A DNA stretch of 64,000 bases, from NCBI RefSeq assembly GCF_009914755.1, contig NC_060944.1. One strand, 5' to 3'. The position numbers were made by a program, and so were the translations under genes. This document shows, piece after piece, positions 24,601 through 36,352 of this stretch; position 1 is the stretch's first letter; the number at the start of each line of letters is the position of its first letter. The DNA comes from the human T2T-CHM13v2.0 reference genome, Homo sapiens. The notes under the pieces are model-generated. The model made no database searches. It had not been told where the DNA came from and worked only from the letters and a program-made list of their open reading frames with translations.

Positions 24601-26844
24601 TTAGGCCAGCTTGGAGGATTTCGTTGGAAACGGGAATACGTATAAAAAGCAGACAGCAGCATTGTCAGAAACTACTTTGTGATGTTTGCATTCAAGTCAC
24701 AGAATTGAACACTCCCTTTCACAGAGCAGGTTTGAAACACTCTTTTTGTAGTGTCTGTAAGTGAACATTTGGATTGCTTTCAGGCCTAAGGTGAAAAAGG
24801 AAATATCTTCCCATAAAAACTAGACAGAAGCATTCTCAGAAACTTGTTTGTGATGTGTGCCCTCTACTGACAGAGTTGAACCTTTCTTTGCAAAGAGCAG
24901 TTTTGAAACACTCTTTTTGTAGAATCTGCAAGAGGATATTTGGATAGCTTTGAGGATTTCTTGGGAAACGGGAATGTCTTCAGATAAACTCTAGACAGAA
25001 GCATTCTCAGAAACTTCTTTGGGATGTTTGAATTGAAGTCACAGTGTTGAACATTCCCTTTCACAGAGCAGGTTTGAAACACTCTTTTTGTAGTGTCTAT
25101 AAGTGAACATTTGGCGTGCTTACAGGCCTAACGTGAAAAAGGAACTATCTTCCCATAAAAACTAGACAGAAGCATTCTCAGAAACCTGTTTGTGATGTGT
25201 GCCCTCTACTGACAGAGTTGAACCTTTCTTTGCAAAGAGCAGCTTTGGAACACTCTTTTTGTAGAATCTGCAAGAGGATATTTGGATAGCTTGGAGGATT
25301 TCGTTGGAAACGGGTATGTCTTCAGATAAACTCTAGACAGAAGCATTCTCAGAAACTTCTTTGGGATGTTGCATTCAAGTCACAGAGTAGAACATTCCCA
25401 TTCATAGAGCAGATTTGAAACACTCTTTTTGTAGTATCTGGAAGTGGACATTTGGAGCGCTTTCAGGCCTATGTTGAAAAAGGAAATATCTTCCCATAAA
25501 AACTAGACGGAAGCATTCTCAGAAACTTACTTGTGATGTGTTTGCTCAACTAACAGAATTGAACCATCGTTTTGAAGGAGCAGTTTTGAAACACTGTTTT
25601 CGTGGAATCTGCAAGTGGATATTTGGCTAGCTTTGAGGATTTCGTTGGAAACGGGATTACATATAAAACGGAGACAGCAGCATTCTCAGAAACTTCTTTG
25701 TGATGTCTGCATTCAAGTCACAGAGTTGAGCATTCCCTTTCATAGAGCAGGTTGGAAACACTCTTTTTGTAGTATCTGGATGAGGACATTTGGAGCGCTT
25801 TCAGGCGTATGGTGAAAAAGGAAATATCTTCCCGTAAAAACTAGACAGAAGCATTCTCAGAAATTTATTTGTGATGTGTGCCCTCAACTAACAGAGTTGA
25901 ACCTTTCTTTTGATAGAGCAGTTTTGAAACACTCTTTTTGTAAAATCTGCAAGAGGATATTTGGATAGCTTTGAGGATTTCGTTGCAAACGGGAATGGCT
26001 TCATATAAACTCTAGACGGAAGCATTCTCAGAAACTTCGTTGGGATGTTTCGATTGAAGTCCCAGTGTTGAACATTCCCTTTTATACAGCAGGTTGGAAA
26101 CACTCTTTCTGAATTCCCTGGAAGTGGACATTTGGAGCGCTTTCAGGACGACGGTGAAAATGGAAATATCTTCCAATAAAATCTAGATAGAAGCAATGTC
26201 AGAAACTTTTCTGTGATGGATCTACTCAGCTAACAGAGTTGAACCTTTCTTTTGAGAGAGCAGTTTTGCAACACTCTTTTTGTGGAATATGCAAGTGGAT
26301 ATTAGGGCAGCTTTGAGGATTTCGTTGGAAACGGGAATACATGTAAAAAGCAGACAGCAGCATTCTCAGAAACTTCTTTGTGATGTTTGCATTGAAGTCA
26401 CAGAGTTGAACATTCCCTTTGAGAGAGCAGGTTTGAAACACGCCTTTTGTCATATCTGGAAGTGTCCATTCGGAGCGCATTCAGGCTTGTGTTGAAAAAG
26501 GAAATATCCTCCCATAAAAACTAGACAGAAGCATTCTCAGAAACTTATTTGTGATGTATGTACTCAACTAACAGAACTAAACCATCGTTTTGAAGGAGCA
26601 GTTTTGAAACACTCTTTTTGCGGAATCTGCAACTGGATATTTGGCTAGCTTAGAGGATTGCGTTGGAAACGGGATTACATACAAAAAGTAGACGGCAGCA
26701 TTCTCAGAAACTTCTTTGTGATGTTTGCATTCAAGTCACAGAGTTGAACATTCCCTTTCATAGAGCAGGTTTGAAACACTCTTTTTGTAGTATCTGGATG
26801 TGGACATTTGGATCGCTTTCAGGCCTATGGTGAAAAAGGAAATA
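18687..26844 (+). repeat. HOR copies 8-10, canonical 16-mers
   Basis: Anchors at 18687, 21407, 24126 and 26845 (2,720, 2,719 and 2,719 bp). Confidence 0.94.
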
Positions 26845-29800
26845 TCTTCCCATGAAAACTAGACAGAAGCATTCTCAGAAACTTATTTGTGATGTGTGCC
26901 CTCAACTGACAGTGTTGAACCTTTGTTTTGATAGAGCAGTTCTGAAACACACTTTTTGTAAAATCTGCAAGAGGATATTTGGATAGCTTTGAGGATTTCG
27001 TTGGAAACGGGAATGTCTTCATGTAAACTCTAGACAGAAGCATTCTCAGAACCTGCTTTGGGATGTTTCAATTGAAGTCCCAGTGTTGAACATTCCCTTT
27101 CATAGAGCAGGTTTGAAACACTCTTTTTGTAGTATCTGGAAGTGGACTTTTGGAGCGCTTTCAGGTCTACGGTGAAAAAGGAGATACCTTCCAATAAAAA
27201 CTAGATAGAAGCAATGTCAGAACTTTTTTCATGATGTATCTACTCAGCAAACAGAGTTGAACCTTTCTTTTGAGAGAGCACTTTTGAAACAGTCTTTTTG
27301 TGGAATATGCAAGTGGGTATTAGGCCAGCTTGGAGGATTTCGTTGGGAAAGGGAATACCTATAAAAAGCAGACAGCAGCATTGTCAGAAACTACTTTGTG
27401 ATGTTTGCATTCAAGTCACAGAACTGAACACTCCCTTTCACAGAGCAGGTTTGAAACACTCTTTTTGTAGTGTCTGTAAGTGAACATTTGGATTGCTTTC
27501 AGGCCTAAGGTGAAAAAGGAAATATCTTCCCATAAAAACTAGACAGAAGCATTCTCAGAAACTTGTTTGTGATGTGTGCCCTCTACTGACAGAGTTGAAC
27601 CTTTCTTTGCAAAGAGCAGCCTTGGAACACTCTTTTTGTAGAATCTGCAAGAGGATATTTGGATAGCTTTGAGGATTTCGTGGGAAACGCGTATGTCTTC
27701 AGATAAACTCTACACAGAAGCATTCTCAGAAACTTCTTTGGGATGTTGCATTCAAGTCACAGAGTAGAACATTCCCATTCATAGAGCAGATTTGAAACAC
27801 TCCTTTTGAAGTATCTGGAAGTGGACATTTGGAGCGCTTTCAGGCCTATGTTGAAAAAGGAAATATCTTCCCATAAAAATTAGACGGAAGCATTCTCAGA
27901 AACTTACTTGTGATGTGTTTGCTCAACTAACAGAATTGAACCATCGTTTTGAAGGAGCAGTTTTGAAACACTGTTTTCGTGGAATCTGCAAGTGGATATT
28001 TGGCTAGCTTTGAGGATTTCGTTGGAAACGGGATTACATATAAAAAGGAGACAGCAGCATTCTCAGAAACTTCTTTGTGATGTCTGCATTCAAGTCACAG
28101 AGTTGAGCATTCCCTTTCATAGAGCAGGTTGGAAACACTCTTTTTGTAGTATCTGGATGAGGACATTTGGAGCGCTTTCAGGCGTATGGTGAAAAAGGAA
28201 ATATCTTCCCGTAAAAACTAGACAGAAGCATTCTCAGAAATTTATTTGTGATGTGTGCCCTCACCTAACAGAGTTGAACCTTTCTTTTGATAGAGCAGTT
28301 TTGAAACACTCTTTTTGTAAAATCTGCAAGAGGATATTTGGATAGCTTTGAGGATTTCGTTGCAATCGGGAATGGCTTCATATAAACTCTAGACAGAAGC
28401 ATTCTCAGAAACTTCGTTGGGATGTTTCGATTGAAGTCCCAGTGTTGAACATTCCCTTTTATAGAGCAGGTTGGAAACACTCTTTTTGCATTCCCTGGAA
28501 GTGGACATTTGGAGCGCTTTCAGGACGACGGTGAAAATGGAAATATCTTCCAATAAAATCTAGATAGAAGCAATGTCAGAAACTTTTCTGTGATGGATCT
28601 ACTCAGCTAACAGAGTTGAACCTTTCTTTTGAGAGAGCAGTTTTGCAACACTCTTTTTGTGGAATATGCAAGTGGATATTAGGGCAGCTTTGAGGATTTC
28701 GTTGGAAACGGGAATACATGTAAAAAGCAGACAGCAGCATTCTCAGAAACTTCTTTGTGATGTTTGCATTCAACTCGCAGAGTTGAACATTCCATTTGAG
28801 AGAGCAGGTTTGAAACACGCCTTTTGTCATATCTGGAAGTGTCCATTCGGAGCGCATTCAGGCTTGTGTTGAAAAAGGAAATATCCTCCCATAAAAACTA
28901 GACAGAAGCATTCTCAGAAACTTATTTGTGATGTATGTACTCAACTGACAGAACTAAACCATCGTTTTGAAGGAGCAGTTTTGAAACACTCTTTTTGCGG
29001 AATCTGCAACTGGATATTTGGCTAGCTTGGAGGATTTCGTTGGAAACGGGATTACATACAAAAAGCAGACAGCAGCATTCTCAGAAACTTCTTTGTGATG
29101 TTTGCATTCAAGTCACAGAGTTGAACATTCCCTTTCATAGAGCAGGTTTGAAACACTCTTTTTGTAGTATCTGGATGTGGACATTTGGAGCGCTTTCAGG
29201 CCTATGATGAAAAAGGAAATATCTTCCCTTGAAAACTAGACAGAAGCATTCTCAGAAACTTATTTGTGATGTGTGCCCTCAACTGACAGTGTTGAACCTT
29301 TGTTTTGATAGAGCAGTTCTGAAACACACTTTTTGTAAAATCTGCAAAAGGATATTTGGATAGATTTGAGGATTTCGTTGGAAACGGGAATGTCTTCATG
29401 TAAACTCTAGACAGAAGCATTCTCAGAACCTGCCTTGGGATGTTTCAATTGAAGTCCCAGTGTTGAACATTCCCTTTCATAGAGCAGGTTTGAAACACTC
29501 TTTTTGTACTATCTGGAAGTGGACATTTGCAGCGCTTTCAGGTCTATGGTGAAAAAGGAGATATCTTCCTATAAAAACTAGATAGAAGCAATGTCAGAAC
29601 TTTTTTCATGATGTATCTACTCAGCAAACAGAGTTGAACCTTTCTTTTGAGAGAGCAGTTTTGAAACACTCTTTTTGTGGAATATGCACGTGGGTATTAG
29701 GCCAGCTTGGAGGATTTCATTGGAAACGGGAATACATATAAAAAGCAGACAGCAGCATTGTCAGAAACTACTTTGTGATGTTTGCATTCAAGTCACAGAA

Positions 29801-32800
29801 TTGAACACTCCCTTTCACAGAGCAGGTTTGAAACACTCTTTTTGTAGTGTCTGTAAGTGAACATTTGGATTGCTTTCAGGCCTAAGGAGAAAAAGGAAAT
29901 ATCTTCCCATAAAAACTAGACAGAAGCATTCTCAGAAACTTGTTTGTGATGTGTGCCCTCTACTGACAGAGTTGAACCTTTCTTTGCAAAGAGCAGTTTT
30001 GAAACACTCTTTTTGTAGAATCTGCAAGAGGATATTTGGATAGCTTTGAGGATTTCTTGGGAAACGGGAATGTCTTCAGATAAACTCTAGACAGAAGCAT
30101 TCTCAGAAACTTCTTTGGGATGTTGCATTCAAGTCACAGAGTAGAACATTCCCATTCATAGAGCAGATTTGAAACCCTCTTTTTGTAGTATCTGGAAGTG
30201 GACATTTGGAGCGCTTTCAGGCCTATGTTGAAAAAGGAAATATCTTCCCATAAAAACTAGACGGAAGCATTCTCAGAAACTTACTTGTGATGTGTTTGCT
30301 CAACTAACAGAATTGAACCATCGTTTTGAAGGAGCAGTTTTGAAACACTGTTTTCTTGGAATCTCCAAGTGGATATTTGGCTAGCTATGAGGATTTCGTT
30401 GGAAACGGGATTACATATAAAACGGAGACAGCAGCATTCTCAGAAACTTCTTTGTGATGTCTGCATTCAAGTCACAGAGTTGAGCATTCCCTTTCATAGA
30501 GCAGGTTGGAAACACTCTTTTTGTAGTATCTGGATGAGGACATTTGGAGCGCTTTCAGGCGTATGGTGAAAAAGGAAATATCTTCCCGTAAAAACTAGAC
30601 AGAAGCATTCTCAGAAATTTATTTGTGATGTGTGCCCTCAACTAACAGAGTTGAACCTTTCTTTTGATAGAGCAGTTTTGAAACACTCTTTTTGTAAAAT
30701 CTGCAAGAGGATATTTGGATAGCTTTGAGGATTTCGTTGCAAAGGGGAATGGCTTCATATAAAGTCTAGACAGAAGCATTCTCAGAAACTTCGTTGGGAT
30801 GTTTCGATTGAAGTCCCAGTGTTGAACATTCCCTTTTATAGAGCAGGTTGGAAACACTCTTTCTGCATTCCCTGGAAGTGGACATTTGGTGCGCTTTCAG
30901 GACGACGGTGAAAATGGAAATATCTTCCAATAAAATATAGATAGAAGCAATGTAAGAAACTTTTCTGTGATGGATCTACTCAGCTACCAGAGTTGAACCT
31001 TTCTTTTGAGAGAGCAGTTTTGCAACACTCTTTTTGTGGAATATGCAAGTGGATATTAGGGCAGCTTTGAGGATTTCGTTGGAAACGGGAATACATGTAA
31101 AAAGCAGACAGCAGCATTCTCAGAAACTTCTTTGTGATGTTTGCATTGAAGTCACAGAGTTGAACATTCCCTTTGAGAGAGCAGGTTTGAAACACGCCTT
31201 TTGTCATATCTGGAAGTGTCCATTCGGAGCGCATTCAGGCTTGTGTTGAAAAAGGAAATATCCTCCCATAAAAACTAGACAGAAGCATTCTCAGAAACTT
31301 ATTTGTGATGTATGTACTCAACTAACAGAACTAAACCATCGTTTTGAAGGAGCAGTTTTGAAACACTCTTTTTGCGGAATCTGCAACTGGATATTTGGCT
31401 AGCTTAGAGGATTGCGTTGGAAACGGGATTACATACAAAAAGCAGACGGCAGCATTCTCAGAAACTTCTTTGTGATGTTTGCATTCAAGTCACAGAGTTG
31501 AACATTCCCTTTCATAGAGCAGGTTTGAAACACTCTTTTTGTAGTATCTGGATGTGGACATTTGGATCGCTTTCAGGCCTATGGTGAAAAAGGAAATATC
31601 TTCCCATGAAAACTAGACAGAAGCATTCTCAGAAACTTATTTGTGATGTGTGCCCTCAACTGACAGTGTTGAACCTTTGTTTTGATAGAGCAGTTCTGAA
31701 ACACACTTTTTGTAAAATCTGCAAGAGGATATTTGGATAGCTTTGAGGATTTCGTTGGAAACGGGAATGTCTTCATGTAAACTCTAGACAGAAGCATTCT
31801 CAGAACCTGCTTTGGGATGTTTCAATTGAAGTCCCAGTGTTGAACATTCCCTTTCATAGAGCAGGTTTGAAACACTCTTTTTGTAGTATCTGGAAGTGGA
31901 CTTTTGGAGCGCTTTCAGGTCTACGGTGAAAAAGGAGATACCTTCCAATAAAAACTAGATAGAAGCAATGTCAGAACTTTTTTCATGATGTATCTACTCA
32001 GCAAACAGAGTTGAACCTTTCTTTTGAGAGAGCACTTTTGAAACAGTCTTTTTGTGGAATATGCAAGTGGGTATTAGGCCAGCTTGGAGGATTTCGTTGG
32101 GAAAGGGAATACCTATAAAAAGCAGACAGCAGCATTGTCAGAAACTACTTTGTGATGTTTGCATTCAAGTCACAGAACTGAACACTCCCTTTCACAGAGC
32201 AGGTTTGAAACACTCTTTTTGTAGTGTCTGTAAGTGAACATTTGGATTGCTTTCAGGCCTAAGGTGAAAAAGGAAATATCTTCCCATAAAAACTAGACAG
32301 AAGCATTCTCAGAAACTTGTTTGTGATGTGTGCCCTCTACTGACAGAGTTGAACCTTTCTTTGCAAAGAGCAGCCTTGGAACACTCTTTTTGTAGAATCT
32401 GCAAGAGGATATTTGGATAGCTTTGAGGATTTCGTGGGAAACGCGTATGTCTTCAGATAAACTCTACACAGAAGCATTCTCAGAAACTTCTTTGGGATGT
32501 TGCATTCAAGTCACAGAGTAGAACATTCCCATTCATAGAGCAGATTTGAAACACTCCTTTTGAAGTATCTGGAAGTGGACATTTGGAGCGCTTTCAGGCC
32601 TATGTTGAAAAAGGAAATATCTTCCCATAAAAATTAGACGGAAGCATTCTCAGAAACTTACTTGTGATGTGTTTGCTCAACTAACAGAATTGAACCATCG
32701 TTTTGAAGGAGCAGTTTTGAAACACTGTTTTCGTGGAATCTGCAAGTGGATATTTGGCTAGCTTTGAGGATTTCGTTGGAAACGGGATTACATATAAAAA

Positions 32801-35800
32801 GGAGACAGCAGCATTCTCAGAAACTTCTTTGTGATGTCTGCATTCAAGTCACAGAGTTGAGCATTCCCTTTCATAGAGCAGGTTGGAAACACTCTTTTTG
32901 TAGTATCTGGATGAGGACATTTGGAGCGCTTTCAGGCGTATGGTGAAAAAGGAAATATCTTCCCGTAAAAACTAGACAGAAGCATTCTCAGAAATTTATT
33001 TGTGATGTGTGCCCTCACCTAACAGAGTTGAACCTTTCTTTTGATAGAGCAGTTTTGAAACACTCTTTTTGTAAAATCTGCAAGAGGATATTTGGATAGC
33101 TTTGAGGATTTCGTTGCAATCGGGAATGGCTTCATATAAACTCTAGACAGAAGCATTCTCAGAAACTTCGTTGGGATGTTTCGATTGAAGTCCCAGTGTT
33201 GAACATTCCCTTTTATAGAGCAGGTTGGAAACACTCTTTTTGCATTCCCTGGAAGTGGACATTTGGAGCGCTTTCAGGACGACGGTGAAAATGGAAATAT
33301 CTTCCAATAAAATCTAGATAGAAGCAATGTCAGAAACTTTTCTGTGATGGATCTACTCAGCTAACAGAGTTGAACCTTTCTTTTGAGAGAGCAGTTTTGC
33401 AACACTCTTTTTGTGGAATATGCAAGTGGATATTAGGGCAGCTTTGAGGATTTCGTTGGAAACGGGAATACATGTAAAAAGCAGACAGCAGCATTCTCAG
33501 AAACTTCTTTGTGATGTTTGCATTCAACTCGCAGAGTTGAACATTCCATTTGAGAGAGCAGGTTTGAAACACGCCTTTTGTCATATCTGGAAGTGTCCAT
33601 TCGGAGCGCATTCAGGCTTGTGTTGAAAAAGGAAATATCCTCCCATAAAAACTAGACAGAAGCATTCTCAGAAACTTATTTGTGATGTATGTACTCAACT
33701 GACAGAACTAAACCATCGTTTTGAAGGAGCAGTTTTGAAACACTCTTTTTGCGGAATCTGCAACTGGATATTTGGCTAGCTTGGAGGATTTCGTTGGAAA
33801 CGGGATTACATACAAAAAGCAGACAGCAGCATTCTCAGAAACTTCTTTGTGATGTTTGCATTCAAGTCACAGAGTTGAACATTCCCTTTCATAGAGCAGG
33901 TTTGAAACACTCTTTTTGTAGTATCTGGATGTGGACATTTGGAGCGCTTTCAGGCCTATGATGAAAAAGGAAATATCTTCCCTTGAAAACTAGACAGAAG
34001 CATTCTCAGAAACTTATTTGTGATGTGTGCCCTCAACTGACAGTGTTGAACCTTTGTTTTGATAGAGCAGTTCTGAAACACACTTTTTGTAAAATCTGCA
34101 AAAGGATATTTGGATAGATTTGAGGATTTCGTTGGAAACGGGAATGTCTTCATGTAAACTCTAGACAGAAGCATTCTCAGAACCTGCCTTGGGATGTTTC
34201 AATTGAAGTCCCAGTGTTGAACATTCCCTTTCATAGAGCAGGTTTGAAACACTCTTTTTGTACTATCTGGAAGTGGACATTTGCAGCGCTTTCAGGTCTA
34301 TGGTGAAAAAGGAGATATCTTCCTATAAAAACTAGATAGAAGCAATGTCAGAACTTTTTTCATGATGTATCTACTCAGCAAACAGAGTTGAACCTTTCTT
34401 TTGAGAGAGCAGTTTTGAAACACTCTTTTTGTGGAATATGCACGTGGGTATTAGGCCAGCTTGGAGGATTTCATTGGAAACGGGAATACATATAAAAAGC
34501 AGACAGCAGCATTGTCAGAAACTACTTTGTGATGTTTGCATTCAAGTCACAGAATTGAACACTCCCTTTCACAGAGCAGGTTTGAAACACTCTTTTTGTA
34601 GTGTCTGTAAGTGAACATTTGGATTGCTTTCAGGCCTAAGGAGAAAAAGGAAATATCTTCCCATAAAAACTAGACAGAAGCATTCTCAGAAACTTGTTTG
34701 TGATGTGTGCCCTCTACTGACAGAGTTGAACCTTTCTTTGCAAAGAGCAGTTTTGAAACACTCTTTTTGTAGAATCTGCAAGAGGATATTTGGATAGCTT
34801 TGAGGATTTCTTGGGAAACGGGAATGTCTTCAGATAAACTCTAGACAGAAGCATTCTCAGAAACTTCTTTGGGATGTTGCATTCAAGTCACAGAGTAGAA
34901 CATTCCCATTCATAGAGCAGATTTGAAACCCTCTTTTTGTAGTATCTGGAAGTGGACATTTGGAGCGCTTTCAGGCCTATGTTGAAAAAGGAAATATCTT
35001 CCCATAAAAACTAGACGGAAGCATTCTCAGAAACTTACTTGTGATGTGTTTGCTCAACTAACAGAATTGAACCATCGTTTTGAAGGAGCAGTTTTGAAAC
35101 ACTGTTTTCTTGGAATCTCCAAGTGGATATTTGGCTAGCTATGAGGATTTCGTTGGAAACGGGATTACATATAAAACGGAGACAGCAGCATTCTCAGAAA
35201 CTTCTTTGTGATGTCTGCATTCAAGTCACAGAGTTGAGCATTCCCTTTCATAGAGCAGGTTGGAAACACTCTTTTTGTAGTATCTGGATGAGGACATTTG
35301 GAGCGCTTTCAGGCGTATGGTGAAAAAGGAAATATCTTCCCGTAAAAACTAGACAGAAGCATTCTCAGAAATTTATTTGTGATGTGTGCCCTCAACTAAC
35401 AGAGTTGAACCTTTCTTTTGATAGAGCAGTTTTGAAACACTCTTTTTGTAAAATCTGCAAGAGGATATTTGGATAGCTTTGAGGATTTCGTTGCAAAGGG
35501 GAATGGCTTCATATAAAGTCTAGACAGAAGCATTCTCAGAAACTTCGTTGGGATGTTTCGATTGAAGTCCCAGTGTTGAACATTCCCTTTTATAGAGCAG
35601 GTTGGAAACACTCTTTCTGCATTCCCTGGAAGTGGACATTTGGTGCGCTTTCAGGACGACGGTGAAAATGGAAATATCTTCCAATAAAATATAGATAGAA
35701 GCAATGTAAGAAACTTTTCTGTGATGGATCTACTCAGCTACCAGAGTTGAACCTTTCTTTTGAGAGAGCAGTTTTGCAACACTCTTTTTGTGGAATATGC

Positions 35801-36352
35801 AAGTGGATATTAGGGCAGCTTTGAGGATTTCGTTGGAAACGGGAATATATGTAAAAAGCAGACAGCAGCATTCTCAGAAACTTCTTTGTGATGTTTGCAT
35901 TGAAGTCATAGAGTTGAACATTCCCTTTGAGAGAGCAGGTTTGAAACACGCCTTTTGTCATATCTGGAAGTGTCCATTCGGAGCGCATTAAGGCTTGTGT
36001 TGAAAAAGGAAATATCCTCCCATAAAAACTAGACAGAAGCATTCTCAGAAACTTATTTGTGATGTATGTACTCAACTAACAGAACTAAACCATCGTTTTG
36101 AAGGAGCAGTTTTGAAACACTCTTTTTGCGGAATCTGCAACTGGATATTTGGCTAGCTTGGAGGATTGCGTTGGAAACGGGATTACATACAAAAAGCAGA
36201 CAGCAGCATTCTCAGAAACTTCTTTGTGATGTTTGCATTCAAGTCACAGAGTTGAACATTCCCTTTCATAGAGCAGGTTTGAAACACTCTTTTTGTAGTA
36301 TCTGGATGTGGACATTTGGAGCGCTTTCAGGCCTATGATGAAAAAGGAAATA
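26845..36352 (+). repeat. HOR copies 11-14, four consecutive 14-mers (2,377 bp each) arranged A-B-A-B
   Basis: Anchors at 26845, 29222, 31599, 33976 and 36353. ORF-track peptides alternate between two versions with a 4,754-bp period. Confidence 0.95.
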
